A stretch of DNA of 63,820 bases, filler included, from Cercozoa sp. M6MM (GCA_040357565.1; 10 parts of 10 records of this genome joined end to end with filler, not necessarily neighbours in it); one strand, 5' to 3'; shown: positions 41,078 to 56,155, numbered from the whole stretch's first letter. The notes: generated by a model not told the origin, from the sequence alone. Program-made: numbers and translations.

Positions 41078-41963
41078 GTCACGAAACCGTTCAGTCCACT
41101 TACTTCGGACCGCAACTTTACTGTCAATTTACCGGCGAGTTGTCACAGTCGAGCCTATCGCCGAAAACGAATAAAACAAACCATGCAAATCATTTTGTAC
41201 TAACGAGGAAGTCACGGGCAAGTGACACGTCAGTGCTGCCAGCCTCGTCTGTCGTGTGCAGAATTTTTCAAAACACCCGGACATCAGCTAGGAAGATGCC
41301 GGCCGATTCCCTTGAAGCTTGCTCTGCTGAATGGTAACACGTCAACGAAAACAGTGTTATTTTTTCCGGTGCAAGCACATGTCGAGTGGGCGGAAGGCGG
41401 AGGGACGGATCCAATCGAGAGCCTCTCGTACTTCGCCGCTGTTGATGAGGCGGGAGTTCTTGACGTTCGATGTGAGCGATTCGAGCAAGCTGACGCTGAC
41501 AGCGGTATCATCCGATCCTCGCGCGATTCGAAGTGTCGACGATCGAGAAGAGGTCTCTTCTCGCTAGATTCGTCCCTACGGTTCTTTGATGGACTCGTCC
41601 AAATTTATCTCGAACACGCCGATCCGTAGTGCACTGTCCAGTTGAATCAGCTTGTGGCGGTTTCTTCTCAAACTAGACTAACTAAATTTAGAGTACCGTG
41701 GGGTGTTATTAACAAATGTTCATCGCAAGTATCACTGAGACATAAACACAGTAGATGCATGGTGCTATGCTTGACAGAAAAGGCACTCCAAGAGCTGCAG
41801 TTTCTACCACTGCGCAATCAAATACGATGGAGAGGAAGAGAGGTACTGTAAGTTTACGTCTGTAGCGTAGTATCTGAAAGTAAAGCGAAGGGAACAATGA
41901 ACGTAATCGAAACCAGACGCACTATCGAAGTTGAGCATCGAAGTTGAGCATCTCGGGAGCAGT

Positions 41964-42520
41964 CTAGTCGCAGTGTCCGCAGAGCGCGTACTGCACGCCG
42001 GCCAGGGCGGCGCAGGAGACGGCGGCGTCGGCGCTCTTGACGATGAGTTGGAGCGGCGCGCCCGGCTTGACAGTAACCTCGATAAGCAGCACGGTGCTGC
42101 AGAGTCGCGCCACGTAGTAGGCCACGAGCGAGTCCTGCACGCGTCGCTTGGCAATGTAGGACACGTTGTGCGCAGCCAGCTGCGTGGTCAGCACCGACAG
42201 GTCCGACAGACTGGCCGGCATCTCGACGTCCTTGCGGCGCTCCAGCGAGTCCGGAAGCTGCTGCCACTGCGACAGGAACTCCGCGCGGCCCACCTGTCCA
42301 ACGTGAGGGAGGGGGGTAAACAAGAGTCACTATAGAGGGTAGAGCGAACCTGCTGCGCCACGGTGCTGTCGAACCAGAGACACGACGGCACGAGGTCGGC
42401 GAAGTAAGCCGTGCCGACTTCGGTCTTGATGGCCATCTGCACCGTCGCCGACACACGCGTATCCGCTGTCGGTCGCGTCATCGTCAGCGGCACTGGCAGC
42501 TTGCATCGACCGCCCTGGCG
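41964..42520 (-). CDS. Beta-adaptin (AP-1/AP-2 beta) appendage, C-terminal part
   Basis: VQMAIKTEVGTAYFADLVP..F...|VGRAEFLSQWQQLP...LAAHNVSYIAKRRV...LLIEV...LIVKS, matching the B2-adaptin appendage pattern. Confidence 0.8.
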
Positions 42521-42652
42521 ACAGGGGGTAACGGGGTACAGGGTAGGGNNNNNNNNNNNNNNNNNNNNNNNNNNNNNNNNNNNNNNNNNNNNTTAATTAA
42601 TTAANNNNNNNNNNNNNNNNNNNNNNNNNNNNNNNNNNNNNNNNNNNNCAAT

Positions 42653-42815
<163 letters not shown>

Positions 42816-42859
42816 GGCCAAGAGTAGGACCGGTCTCAGAGAGGAGCAAGACAAAGACA

Positions 42860-44199
42860 CAGGGATACCCGAGCACAAGGAGTGCCGTGTCGCTGAGCGA
42901 GTGCCGTTGTTGCGTGAGTTGCGGCAGCAGCACCGAAAGCGACAAAAACAAGAAACCACCGCACGTGAAACCGTCCACTGCCGTGCTCCTGTTTGCTCAC
43001 AGAGACTTTACCCCCCCCCCCCCCACACCCTATTAATAATGCACGCCTACAGGAATGAAGCAGACAAAACGACGCCGAAAACAGCGCCGACAACACCGGC
43101 CAGAGCAGTCACCAGTTGCGCCAACACTGTGGCACAAGCGAATAAAGGAAGGGGGATGAAGGGCACAAGGGGATACGGAGGGAGCAAGATGGTACAAGCA
43201 GTCCGATGCGAAACACCGGCAGAAACCAAAACAGCGACATCGCCCTGTGGACAGTAGGGTGGGGAATAAAGGGGTAGGGATGAACGAGGTCGGAAGTCAA
43301 GATTGGGGACCACGGCATGTGGCAACTCGTGTAGCAGGCACAAATAGGTCGCTCGGATGCCTGCCGATCTGTCCACATGGGGTGGGCTTGCTGACAGGAG
43401 CATGCACAGGCTGGGGGAACAAAAAGGGACTGGCCAGGAGGCACCGACTGAGCAAGAAACGCGCGCCCACGAGAGCGCCGTCGGTGAAATTGTGCGCCGC
43501 GTCGGCCGCGTTGTTCAGCAGAGCCAGTGCCTTGTTGTTTTCTTTCTTGTTGTTGTTTTCCTTCTTGTTGTTTTCTTTCTTGTTGTTTTCTTTCTTGTTG
43601 TTTTCCTTCTTGTTGGAGTGTCCATGCTGATGCTCGTGTCCGTGCTGGTGCTGCACCAGTGCCTGCAGCATCACAAAGGCGCCGATGCCGACGAGGGCAC
43701 TGATGCCAAACTGATCGTCGTGACCGTGATCACTGTGGTCACTGTGATCGTGGTCGTGATCACTGTGGTCACTGTGATCGTGGTCGTGATCATCATGATG
43801 ATCATGCGAAGACTAAAACACACTCAGCTCAGACACTTTCAGCACAAGGCAAAGACAACAAGATCCAACGCACGTAGGCATGCGGCAGCATGTGCAGAAA
43901 CACGTCGCCGAGCAGTCCTCCCAGTGCTGTCGCCAGCAGTACGTTCAGCACCCGCCTGGACTCTGTGCGAAACGCTCAAAAAACCTACTGGCACATCAAG
44001 AATCGAACGTACTCCAGGCCGAGCGCGGCACAATGAGAACCGTTATCAGCGGGGCACCTGTGCCACATCACGAACAATATTCACCGCCCATACACATTGT
44101 GAAAAAGCGTCAATTACATCCGAGAAAAACGCTTGCTATCACTGCATTCCCGAGTGGACTGAGCTGCAGATCCTGCAGAGCACTTTCTAATACCTGCAT
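42860..44199 (-). CDS. ZIP (SLC39) metal transporter, ZIP7/ZIP13 (LIV-1)-like
   Basis: LLATALGGLLGDVFLHMLPHAY, His-rich loops, LLNNAADAAHNFTDGALVGARF, LLHELPHAV|GDVAVL, FTCGGFLFLSLSVLLPQL. Confidence 0.92.
43531..43806 (-). repeat. Coding tandem repeats inside the ZIP gene: (NKKEN)n 15-bp units and His/Asp-rich 30-bp units
   Basis: Repeated TTGTTGTTTTCYTTC at 43531-43612 and GTGATCACTGTGGTCACTGTGATCGTGGTC at about 43725-43790. Confidence 0.85.
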
Positions 44200-44426
44200 A
44201 CAATTGCAGATCTGTTTTAGTACATCACATCACGAGAGTCCACGTCTCTCTTGTGTGTGGCCTGGTGGCTACAGTGCAGTAGCACGATTCTCGGTTTTGC
44301 TCTTCAGTCTTCGCGAAACTAGCTCTATTGCTGTACCAAGTGCTCTCAGTTACCATTAGATCGTTTTTAAGGCTTTGAGCGTGTGTTGTGTTTCTGGGAG
44401 CAGAAACAGCGAGAAAACGAGGGAAA

Positions 44427-44785
44427 ATGGAGAACCTGACCTACACTGCCACGCCGCTGGCTGACAACACGACGCAGCTGACGCTTTTCATGGAGGAGCA
44501 GCTGCCTGTGCCGCTCTGGGTCAAGGTAAATTTGGCTGTGTGGTGGGATATAATTTAGACGTTTCTCGGCAACAGGACCACATCGTCAACATGGACGAGA
44601 TTGAGCTGCGCGAGTCCTTCCCGATGCAAATGGTCTTCCGCGTACGTTTTCCTGACCACAGTTGGTGTGCCCTTGTTGCAACAACACAAAGTTTGGGGCT
44701 TCTTCAGATCAAGACAGAGTCGTTTGACGCAGTCAAGACCGTTCTTGGCGAGCACTCGTTCGTGTACAAGGTGCCGTCTGCGTAG
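44427..44785 (+). CDS. Small (~80 aa) unknown protein, 3 exons
   Basis: MENLTYTATPLADNTTQLTLFMEEQLPVPLWVK|DHIVNMDEIELRESFPMQMVFR|IKTESFDAVKTVLGEHSFVYKVPSA*, with in-phase GT-AG introns. Confidence 0.6.
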
Positions 44786-45040
44786 ACGTTGGGGCGCTCG
44801 ATCACCTGGCTTCTTCGACCACGCACCGAAGGCCGCTCGATTACGTGACGGCCCGCTGGCTTCTAACAATCGTTTGCTCCAGCGCAGCGCAGTTGACCGG
44901 GAAACCGACGAAAGTCAACAGTTTAAACTCACTTTAATTCGGTTTAGGGTCGGCTAAGTAACCCGCGGTCATTATTTGTACCGATAAGCCAAGTAAGAGT
45001 AAGACGGAACGCCTCGCATAGCGTACAGTCTACTGTATGT

Positions 45041-46576
<1,536 letters not shown>

Positions 46577-46878
46577 TCTATGCAGTAAACAACTCGACTG
46601 GCGTCTAAACTGACGGGTATGCATAAAATTAACCGTCGTAAGGATTCTAGCATCGGATGGGAGCAGTCGCGACTGCCCTCAATAAAACGGGCGCGACTCG
46701 GCTGGCTACAAAACCGTGCCAGCATGCCGAACAGGTGATTCGTGTAGTGTAACGCGTAGGCGTTAATCTGTAGACACGTGTAGGCTATCTTGCTTCCTCG
46801 TTAACGTTTTGTGCCCCCTTTTTTTGCTTCTTTCGATTGTCTGAATTGTTGCAGGCATTCGAGATTGAAGCACCAAAA

Positions 46879-49429
46879 ATGAGTGATCAAGCCGACTTTG
46901 AGCGGCTCGTGAAGGCGCAGACGGCTTGTCGTGACCAAGCAGAATGCGCTGTTGCCGAGTATAACCTAACGAAGGTGAATCCCGTTGTGCAACTGTCTTT
47001 TCTCAAGGTGAGTTCACACTCCTGAAAACAGAACCTGCCACCCACGGCCCCTGCTGTTGAACGAGTCAAGAACGTCGTTCTTGCCTTCAACACAGCTGGT
47101 AGTTCGCAGTCTTGCATTCATGGATTTCTTCAGTCGCTCTGAATCCAGTGTCGTGTTTCCCTGAGTGTAGCCCATCCGCTGAGTGCCCAAGAGTATGAAG
47201 ACATGGCCAAAGAGTTCCAAGAATCGCTTGCTCAGCTCAAGAGGTAGGTCACTTTCAACTTTTATCTCCTCAAGAAGTTCTCTTTTTGACTTGAGCCTTT
47301 GTTGCAACAGCGTGCGCACAAAAATCGACGAAATGAACGAAACCCAGCTTGCTCTCGTGGAAACTTTCAACAAGGTACACGCACTTCAAACGCCACGAAT
47401 GTTCAGTTCTCAAATCACTTTGCTCTGTTGTAGGTGCTGTTTGCTCCGGCGAACTCGCCTTTTGTCGCTGCACTGAGACAAGCGTACAAAGTTCTTGCAT
47501 CGAGCACAATGCAAACCCGTGGTTTTGTGCAATTCCTTTGTATTGCAGACTCGAGAATGTGCGTGTGAAACTGGTCGAAACGGAAGAAGAGGCCGACGAG
47601 CGAATCAGCGAGATGAAGCATGCCACGAACGAAGCCGAAGCTGTCGTGGAATCGCTCAGTGAACTCTATGCTGGTGCGACTTCCTTTCGTGGTTAACGCA
47701 TGTTTCGTGTTTCATTCTGCTTTACTTTACTGACAGGACTGCGCGAACTGGTGGCGCAGTACAACCAAGGTGTCGAAAACAAGACGCCGCTGCCAATCAT
47801 GCTCCAGTTCCGGTACATTTCAATTTCCGACTGGGTGTATCAGTCTTTGTCTTTCTCAGTAGCATCGTGAGTGTAGCAAGTACGTGGAGAAACATCAGAC
47901 GTCGCCTCCGGGCACGCGGGAGGCCGTGCAGGAGTCACTGAGCGAAGTGCGCGACTTCCTGGCCAAGTTCGATATGCAGAAACGAGTGTTGGCCGAGGCC
48001 GAGCAGACGCTGGAGAAGGCACGTGTTGCTCGCAAGGTATCGCTAGTCTGGGAGACTCCTCTTGTTGGTCGTTGTGTCTTTGTACTCCGCAACCCGAGCA
48101 GAAGGCATCGCAAGGCCCGTCAAAGAAGCTGCCGTCCTTGCCGCCGAAGCCTGTATCTTTCTTCTCTGGGTGAAAGGGACCGGGTTTGTTGAGGTGTTTG
48201 TGCAGCAAGAGGAGGAACTCACCAAGCGTGAGGCCAGCGAGGATGCAGTTCTTGCAGAGACTCCTGTTGAGACGATTTTTGAGACGAGCAAGGCCGAGGA
48301 CACCGCCGTTGAGACCACTGAGATGGTTGTGACAACGGAAACCGTGGTGCCGACACAAGAAGAAACGGCAGAAAAGACTTCCAGTGTTGAAGAAACGACC
48401 GAGATGGAAGCTACTGCCACAACTGTCGAATCGACTATTGGTCAGACTGTTGCAACGCCTGTCGAACAAACTGTTGCGACGCCTGTCGAACAAACTGTTG
48501 CAACGCCTGTCGAACAAACTGTTGCAACGCCTGTCGAACAGACTGTTGAGAAGACGGTTCAAAAGTCGGTACTTTTTTCTTTTTCTCCTTGTTTGTTTGT
48601 TTCGTGTGATTTGACCAGCTGGGTTTGTCGTGTCAGGCTCTGACTGCTCCGACCGTTGCAGCAGAGAAGAGCGCCGGTACTCCGAGCGAGGCCAAGTTGA
48701 CCGAAGAGGTGTCGACCGAGGAAAAGTTCAAGGCCATGTACGGCAGCAGCAGCACTGGCAGGTGTGAAAGCACTATCAGTTATGTACCAATGTGCTTTCT
48801 ACTGAATGAAACTTGATAGTGCTGCCGCTGGCGACTACGGCGGTTCGGAGTTCATCGACTTTGGCGCGCAGTACGTGCCGCTGTTCGAAGATGACGAACG
48901 TCAGGCTGCTGTACCTTTAGATTCTCTTAATTTGTGTGATGTAGAAGCATCCCCCTTGCGTGTTTTGTGATACAGCGCCAACGCACCGGCCTTGTGGCAG
49001 CTCGGCAGCAGCAGGTTCCCTTTTTTCGTACTTCACCTATCGTGTCTGTGATTGTGTGCATGCACAGGTGGACCTGTCGAAAATGTCGCAAGAGGAGCGA
49101 AAACGCTACCTGGCAGAACAGCGCGACCAGGAAGCGGCTCTTGCCAGTGGCAAGCGGTTTGCTTGGCAACAGGTACCACTTGCTTTGTGATAAGAGTCAG
49201 AGCTTCCCCTTTTAGAGCACATGACTGTGTGCGTAGGACAAGTCCGGTGAAGACGACGGTGCCATCGCTCAGGAGTCGCTCGTGAAGCCATCGAAGCTCA
49301 TTGCCATGTTCGAGGTTCGCTGCATTTTTTAACTTCCTCTTGTTCTTCATTTCTTTATTGTGTCTCTCTGTGCTGTCTGCGTAGGTGCGCAAGCCGATTC
49401 AATTCGTTCCGCAGGCGCTGCGCTCGTGA
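46879..49429 (+). CDS. Unknown coiled-coil protein with a Thr/Glu/Val-rich repeat region
   Basis: Many short GT-AG introns, heptad-rich exons, (TVATPVEQ)x4, ends PSKLIAMFE|VRKPIQFVPQALRS*. Confidence 0.65.
48445..48548 (+). repeat. 24-bp coding minisatellite (ACTGTTGCAACGCCTGTCGAACAA), ~4.3 copies
   Basis: Direct reading; encodes TVATPVEQ. Confidence 0.92.
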
Positions 49430-49852
49430 GCATTCGATTGTCGTCGCTGCGCTGGGACGGGCTTTCTTGTACATAGTTAGCATAGTTGAGTCTTTTACGT
49501 TATGAAACCGACTAAGTAGCTCCCCTGCACCAGTCTGGGGTCACGGCACGGGTGGGGTGCACTCGCACTCTTTCACGGAATTGTGCTATCGACGTATGCG
49601 ATGTACTGAACGTATAAAATTAAAGTTCAGCCGACTTCGCGTCAGTGCCGTGCATGTGTTAACTGAATATTGGTTGGCAGCGCTAGCTAGCGCAGCAATC
49701 GTCGATCGATTCACGTCAGTGACTCGACCGAGACCGCGTTTCCCTTTGATCTGGGGAGAAACGCTGAAGTGTGACTCGGATGCGCACGCATGCACAGTGC
49801 CCTCTAGACGAACGAGAACTTTCCCAACGCTGAGGCTCGGGAAGCGAGCGCT

Positions 49853-52130
49853 ATGGACCTTTTAGAGGCGGTCTTCTATGCTTGGCTGAACACTTCATCC
49901 TTGTCGGCAAAGCTTGACGCTGAGGCCGGTGAGAACTTTGTGGATTCGCTGAGACTCGCGTTCGCCAGTGGAGCGTTAAGCCAAGACAAAGTGGTCGCCG
50001 AGGAATTTTGCGACGCTCTGGCAGGCAGCACCTGCCTCAGTTTAGGCCGGATTTTTCAAGTGTGGCACTTGTGTGCGGAGCACAAGTACGAAAGTGCGGC
50101 TTCTCGTTTCGCACGAAGACAAAGCTGCAAGCAACAACAACGCGAGGCTCGAGTATTGTTGGTGACGAAGCTCGAACAATGTGAACGACTCCGTAGGCTA
50201 CGCGATCCAACCGCTCTGCCTCGCTCGTGGATCATTGAGCCGTATTCGAGACCTCGCGCAGCTGTACAACGACTGCATCAAGCGACACGCGCTGCCGAAG
50301 AGCGAGAGATGCGAAGACGCTGTGCGCGCTTGCCACGATGGGCGCGAGCACTCGCGCACTTGTGTACAAGCACCGATGCGCATCGGCGAAGCTGTGCTCT
50401 AGCAATGTATGTTTCCACCGTCACACTAGCACGAGTAAACCACAGAATTCGTTTTCGCTTTGGGGCAGGAAACGACAGGCTGACGACATGTACATTCGGT
50501 CATTGACGAGCGCAGTGGAGTCTCGGAGTTCGCGTTCAAGCCAAACTGCAGCAACCAACACGATCTCGTCCCAGAGCCATCTGTCTGTTTCCACCACATC
50601 GCAGGTTGTCAGCAATGACGGCTGCGTACAAAGTCGACAGAATCTCGCAATGTGGGTACTGTGTCCCCGAGTAATCCTCACAAGTCTCACGTGTTTGGAA
50701 GCGCAGAGATTCGCAATGGTATTCACTCGGCAACGACTTCGCGAGCTGCTTGGACACACATCGCTCGAACAAGCCCGTGCGCGTCTAACAGGTATCTGGC
50801 ACTGTGTTCATCCCTCTATACAAAGAGGATTGTGCGGTGTAGGAGTTGTGGTGGTGCAAACACAGTTGATGGGCACCTCCGAGAGCGCAGCACCACCAAT
50901 CATAGCACAGCTTCGCAATGAACTCGACCGAATCGAGGACGCAATCAGCCGCAACGACTTTAGCGGACTCGAGTCTCCGCGACGAACGACGGAATTTCTC
51001 GATGATTTTAGGAAATCACAAGTTCGTGCAACGCAAGACACGCTTCCGAAACGGCGCACTCGTTCTGCACTCGAAATTGCTCATCTTGCAGGTAAATTGA
51101 GATTTCTTGCGTGGATACTTACCACACAATGCGTTTTTACAGTGCAACAAGCCCTAAGAATACGGATGGCCGAGAGCAAGCGAGCCAAAGCGCTTAGTGC
51201 CAACAGCACCAGTCAATTGTCAAGTGAAGACGACAAGTCAGTTGGCCGAAATGTCTCCAATCTGCGACCGAACAGCGCGGCTATCACGGTGTCTGCAAAC
51301 GAAAAAAGCCATCTGGATCTCACAAAAAAACATGACGCCGATGCAGAGGCCGAATTGGACACAAACCAGACAGATTCTCTTTTCGCACGCGACCTTCACC
51401 CTCAAGCTCACGATAATGACAGCGGAACGGCAGTGACCTATTTGTACAGCGATAAAAACGACAACTCGTCTCGTGAAGAGAGGTTCACGCAGGGCAACAG
51501 TACGGAGAACAGCGACCTTTTCAACAAGGTGAACAGCACTGTGATCGGGTTAGGCGAAGTGCACCCTGTGGTCAGAAACAATAACAGTTCCTCCGTCTCT
51601 CGCGGCCCCGTGCTCAAAGCAGAGGATTTCGCGCAACAGAGTGTCGAGTCATGGCGACCAGAGCATTTTACTCTCGGCGATGCGGAGCAGGAACCGACTC
51701 GCATTAGTCCACAGTGTACTGAATCTCTTGTTTTTCCGAACAATGCAGTATGTATGACCCTTTGACAGCCCCAATCCACGATCGGTTGTTCTTCGATTAT
51801 TCGCGTCGTAGCCGCCGGATGAGCACACTGCGAAAACAATACGCACGCGAAGAAAGACAGCAATGTCCTTTTCGTCCCAATGCGCACCGCTCGGTACGAC
51901 AAAAGGTGCAAAACTGCTCCAGAAACATTGAGTTTGTTTATTTAACAGCGAAAGACTCAAGGATACAAGTTGCGAAGGCGGCCTACTCAACGTCATGTGT
52001 GGCACTGAGATGGCATACCGATGGCCATCAACGACACCGAATGACAGTTTATATTGCCTGAGTTTCAGTCTGCTCAGCTTCAGTTGCTACGGACGTTGAA
52101 TGGCACCTGATAAATCTGTTGTCGGTGTTT
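49853..52130 (+). CDS. Unknown protein with Ser-rich disordered region (3' end approximate)
   Basis: Long ORFs 49853-50506 and 50338-51765 joinable by GT-AG introns; IHDRLFFDY..RR...QCPFRPN motif. Confidence 0.5.
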
Positions 52131-52212
52131 TAAATTTACTACGGTAAATTTAGTGTTTATTTGCCGGTGCTGGACTAGTAACTAGAACTGCAGAGCAACG
52201 TGACCCAAACGC

Positions 52213-55200
52213 TTAGATTGCCACGATGCGCGCACCGTGGTACATACCGTCGCTGCCTCCGTGTTGTTGGCGATCAGCAGTCTGCTCTTCGTCGAGATAG
52301 GTGAAAGTGATGGCCAATGGGCTCGCGGTTTCAAAGTCTACACAGCAATAGGGCAGGTTACAACAGCAAAACCTCGGCAATTCTAAATCTACAAAGTACC
52401 CTCGTACTCCAAGCCTAGTTGGGCCGTAATATCCTTGCATAGTCTTCCCACTTCTAAAAGAGGACACCCACAGCGTTAAGTGATTGACCGTTAGAAAGGA
52501 CTAGGTACCAGAATCGCCGATGCGAATTCCATCATTCAATCCACGTGCCGAAAGAAGAGGAACGGGCTGGTTGTATTCGTAGGCACTAAGCAAAGTGCGA
52601 GACAGCCATCCTCCGGCTCAATATTTACTGAGGGGAAGAGTGAGCTGAGGTTTTTTACATTGAAGACTGCGAATCATCCTGCAGGCAGCTTTCGGCGACT
52701 TGCACTTCAAAAAAGCCGTCGTGTCCGTACTGCAACCAACCCAAAAGTAACGAGGAAACTATCCATGCTGCCAAGGGTTGGATTTAAAAGTACGCGATCT
52801 TGGATAGCGCCGAGGAAGACGTCGATTTCGGCTTGCATAAACTGCAACGACACCGGGTGGTCGTCCTGCGCCAAGTTCAGATGATGATTGCTTTTTTAAA
52901 TTTCAGATTCGTTAAAAAAAACGGTGGCTTACGATGTCGGCAAAAGCATCGTGCAAATTGAGCAACAGACGACGCAAGTGAGGCTACAAACCATACGAAC
53001 TGAATTGGAGATTTCAGCATACTTCAGTATGAAACTGAAACGCACAGTGGTTCGTTGGCTCAAACTGCGTTTGAAAAAGTCTTTGACACCTGTCAAGGAA
53101 CTTTACTTGTAGAATGACAAAGAAGAAATTCAGACTGCCAGATGTGTACCGGCCTCCTGCTGGTGGTACTCGGAATCCTTGGTTTTGATGTAGCGTCCGC
53201 GCAGCAGCTGATAGGCCAGTGCCATCACCGAGTAGATGTCAAACATCTGCGTCCACTCCTTGAAGCACGTGGAGCAGCGTGGCTCTCGTTCCGGCATGCG
53301 GCAGGTCCTGAATGTCAAAGTTAAACAGACCGGTTTAAAACGAGTGATGATAAATTTTAGTGACACCTTGTCGGCCGGAACCACACTCCTTGCATTTCAT
53401 TCTTGGTGCACGGCTCTCGAGCGAACTAAATTGTACAGGTCTACATTAGCTTTGAGGATTAACTTTAACTTACACCGTAGTCAATCACGCGAGCTCTCGC
53501 ACGCACCGTGTCCGGTGGCAGCTCAACGAAGCTTTCGCGCTGATCCATCTGCCCAGTCTCAACTGAAACTGTCAAAACCTGGAACTGAAAATCTTCTTGC
53601 TACCTCGATGAGCACATTGGCAGCAGACAGGTCACCGTGGATCAATCCAACACGCGACAGATCCTTCAGCGCAGTCAAAACACCTGCCTCGCAGTAAAAA
53701 CAATAATCCGGTCAAACTTGGCTTCCGCGGGTGCGAGCTGTCAAACTCACCTCCAATGATCAGTTCCACGAAAAGCGGAGCAAAACGTAGTCCGAAACGC
53801 AACACTCCGTTTCCTTCGAACTCTAGCACACTGGTGCAAACCGAAGTTTCATTCTTTTGAAAAGCAAAAATGGATGTTTAGTTTTACGCTGGACTGCTGT
53901 CGCTAGTGAGGTCTCTCACCGAAGCCCCATGAATTCGTGGCATCACTATTGCCACAGCATCTCTGCTCAAACCAGCATGCCTGTTCTCCCTGTTAGTTTT
54001 TGGCATTAAATGAAACGAACTGGTCCAGTTGCATCACATTCTGCGGCACAACTGAGTTCGCCGATCGCTGAGCACCCAAGCTGGATAGCCGGTCGAACGC
54101 TTGGAGCTCGCGGTGCAACTGAGCAGCACGAAACATGTCGCAAGCAGGTGCAAAAAAGTTCGAGTTTCTGGATCGATGTAGTAGGTCAACTTACCGCAGC
54201 ACGCTGCGAAACGTCACTAAAGACGGCGAATTTCGTTGCGTATTCTTCGACGACAACAACGACGCCGTAGCTACCACTTCTGACATAGGGAACTTCGTCA
54301 TTATCTTCTGCATCGCACATTATCGCGCGCGGTGCAACTGCAGCGTCTGGAATGCCCTGCCAGCAAGCACTCGCTTGAAAAAGAACAGTTTATAGCTGTA
54401 GCGATACCTCTTGTCTCGCATGGTGAGCGAACGAAGCCATCAGTCGCATTGACTGCGCTTCACAGGTTTGAGGAAACTCGTCGCTTCGGATCAGAAACTG
54501 GTAGCTGATCTTTGTGGCTCCCTTCGCGACAATTTAAAACAGTATTTACCAATGTGCAACGCCAACAAAGGAAGGAAAGACTGTACAGGGCTAGAGTCGG
54601 CAGCAAACACTGTGAAGCGAAGCGAGACACGAGGCAGCACAGTAGCCGACAGGCACAGCGACGTCTTGTGGTCGGACGAAACGCGCTGCAGGTCGCTGCT
54701 CGAGAAGACTCGGTGCGCCCAGAAGTGACTTGAACTGTCCCAAGAAACATCAATCCTACAGGATCAAAGTGAACTGACAAACTCAACACTCACAAGAACG
54801 TGTCTTCATTTTGAGCTTCAACGTCAAGGATGTCGCCATGCTTAAAAACAATGTCGCTTTCGACAAGAGCGAGTGCAATTCTGGATTGCTTCAGTTTCGG
54901 GGTGACCTAGACATTTGCAGTTTAGGTTGTTCCAACAGACCCTACTGTATGCTCACGCAAGCTCAAATCTTGCACCGATACCTCAAAATTGGCGCAGAAA
55001 TGCGTGCGCGTGCCCGGGAAGGCACCGTCGTCCACAGTGAGTTTCGTTGGCAACGAGAAGGACTGGGCAGATCAAGAAAGTTTCGGCAGTCGAAAGAGAT
55101 GTGACGACAGTTGGTCAGTACCGAAACTGTCACAGGCAACGGGAGAGGCACAATGCTGGGCAGAGTCTTCAAGAAGACCTGCCCGGCGTCCTTCAGAAAG

Positions 55201-55256
55201 CTGGCGTGGCACAGCGAGAGCTGCAGCAGCGCCGTCGCTAGCAGCACTAACAACAT
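52213..55256 (-). CDS. Unknown secreted protein, multi-exon
   Basis: Signal peptide MLLVLLATALLQLSLCHA; first four exons splice in phase (..VTVS|SFSLPTKLTVDDGAFPGTRTHFCANFEV..|VTPKL..|IDVSWDSSSHFW). Remainder inferred. Confidence 0.5.
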
Positions 55257-55498
55257 TGAATCCGGTCAGTAGAGAGTCTGTTGTTCAAGCTCAAAAAGCA
55301 CTAAGCCTGATAAGCAGAAACCAGGCTGATCGGCAGACGACAGACAAGCTAGAACACAGGAGACGCTGGGTAGAGTGGCGTGGCGATGACGTGCCATTCA
55401 ATGAGTTTTTAAAAACTCACTTTGAACGGGCGAAAGCAGTGATTTAACTCCGCACTAACGCTGATGACTAAATCTAGCCGCCTATTCAGTCAGTCTGA

Positions 55499-56011
55499 CT
55501 AGCCATGCCCGCGAATCAGGTTGTTCATGCTGAGGTCGAAATCGCTTAGTGCTGCCTCCACCGAAGCTCGCTCATCTCGCAATCTACACTGACAAGTATC
55601 TACTGAAAAGAACCACGTCTTGAGTGGACAAAGCGTTCTCAATCAGACCTTTGCAAGCGCTTTTGCTCTGCCGCAATCTGCCGCTTCAGCTGCTGCTCCT
55701 GGAGCGTTCGCTGAAAGATCTCGTTGTTCAACTGTGTGCGCAGTGCGATTACCTGTAAGAGTCAGCATAGAAAGTACAAGCACAAAATTAATATTGTTAG
55801 TATCAAAAGACGAAAGTACGCGCAGGCGTTGCTTTTCCACAACTTCAGTCTGCGAAGCAAAGAGCTGCTCTGCAACTTCGACGACGTCCTCAAAAGCGGT
55901 GGTCGACTCGACAAATTTCTCTGTCACGTCAGTCAGGTGCTGAGCGTGTTCCACTGCGGCCTCATCGAGCAGACGCAGCTTGGTTTCGGCGTCAAAGCTT
56001 ACGACGTCCAT
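55499..56011 (-). CDS. IFT20: Intraflagellar transport protein 20
   Basis: MDVVSFDAETKLRLLDEAAVEHAQHL...KFVE....F..VV....EKQRLR|VIALRTQL....QR..QEQQLKRQIAAEQKRLQR|LRDERASV. Size and pattern match IFT20. Confidence 0.75.
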
Positions 56012-56155
56012 CAGAGAACTCAAACCAAACACATCTGTATGGCAAATCGATCGTGTTTGGTATTTTCCCAAGCGATCCGCGCGGGAAACCAGCTGCAAGT
56101 GATAAGCTGTAATTAGAGACCTAAAGCGCTAAAACAAGTCTGATCTAGTGTCGGC

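Noticed and set aside
41180-41900. Possible plus-strand gene between carbonic anhydrase and beta-adaptin
   Set aside because: There is a coding-like stretch (41372-41625), but I could not find a consistent start or exon phase, so it is left uncalled.
48445-48548. Direct repeats as a CRISPR-like array
   Set aside because: Head-to-tail with no spacers, and in frame within a eukaryotic exon.
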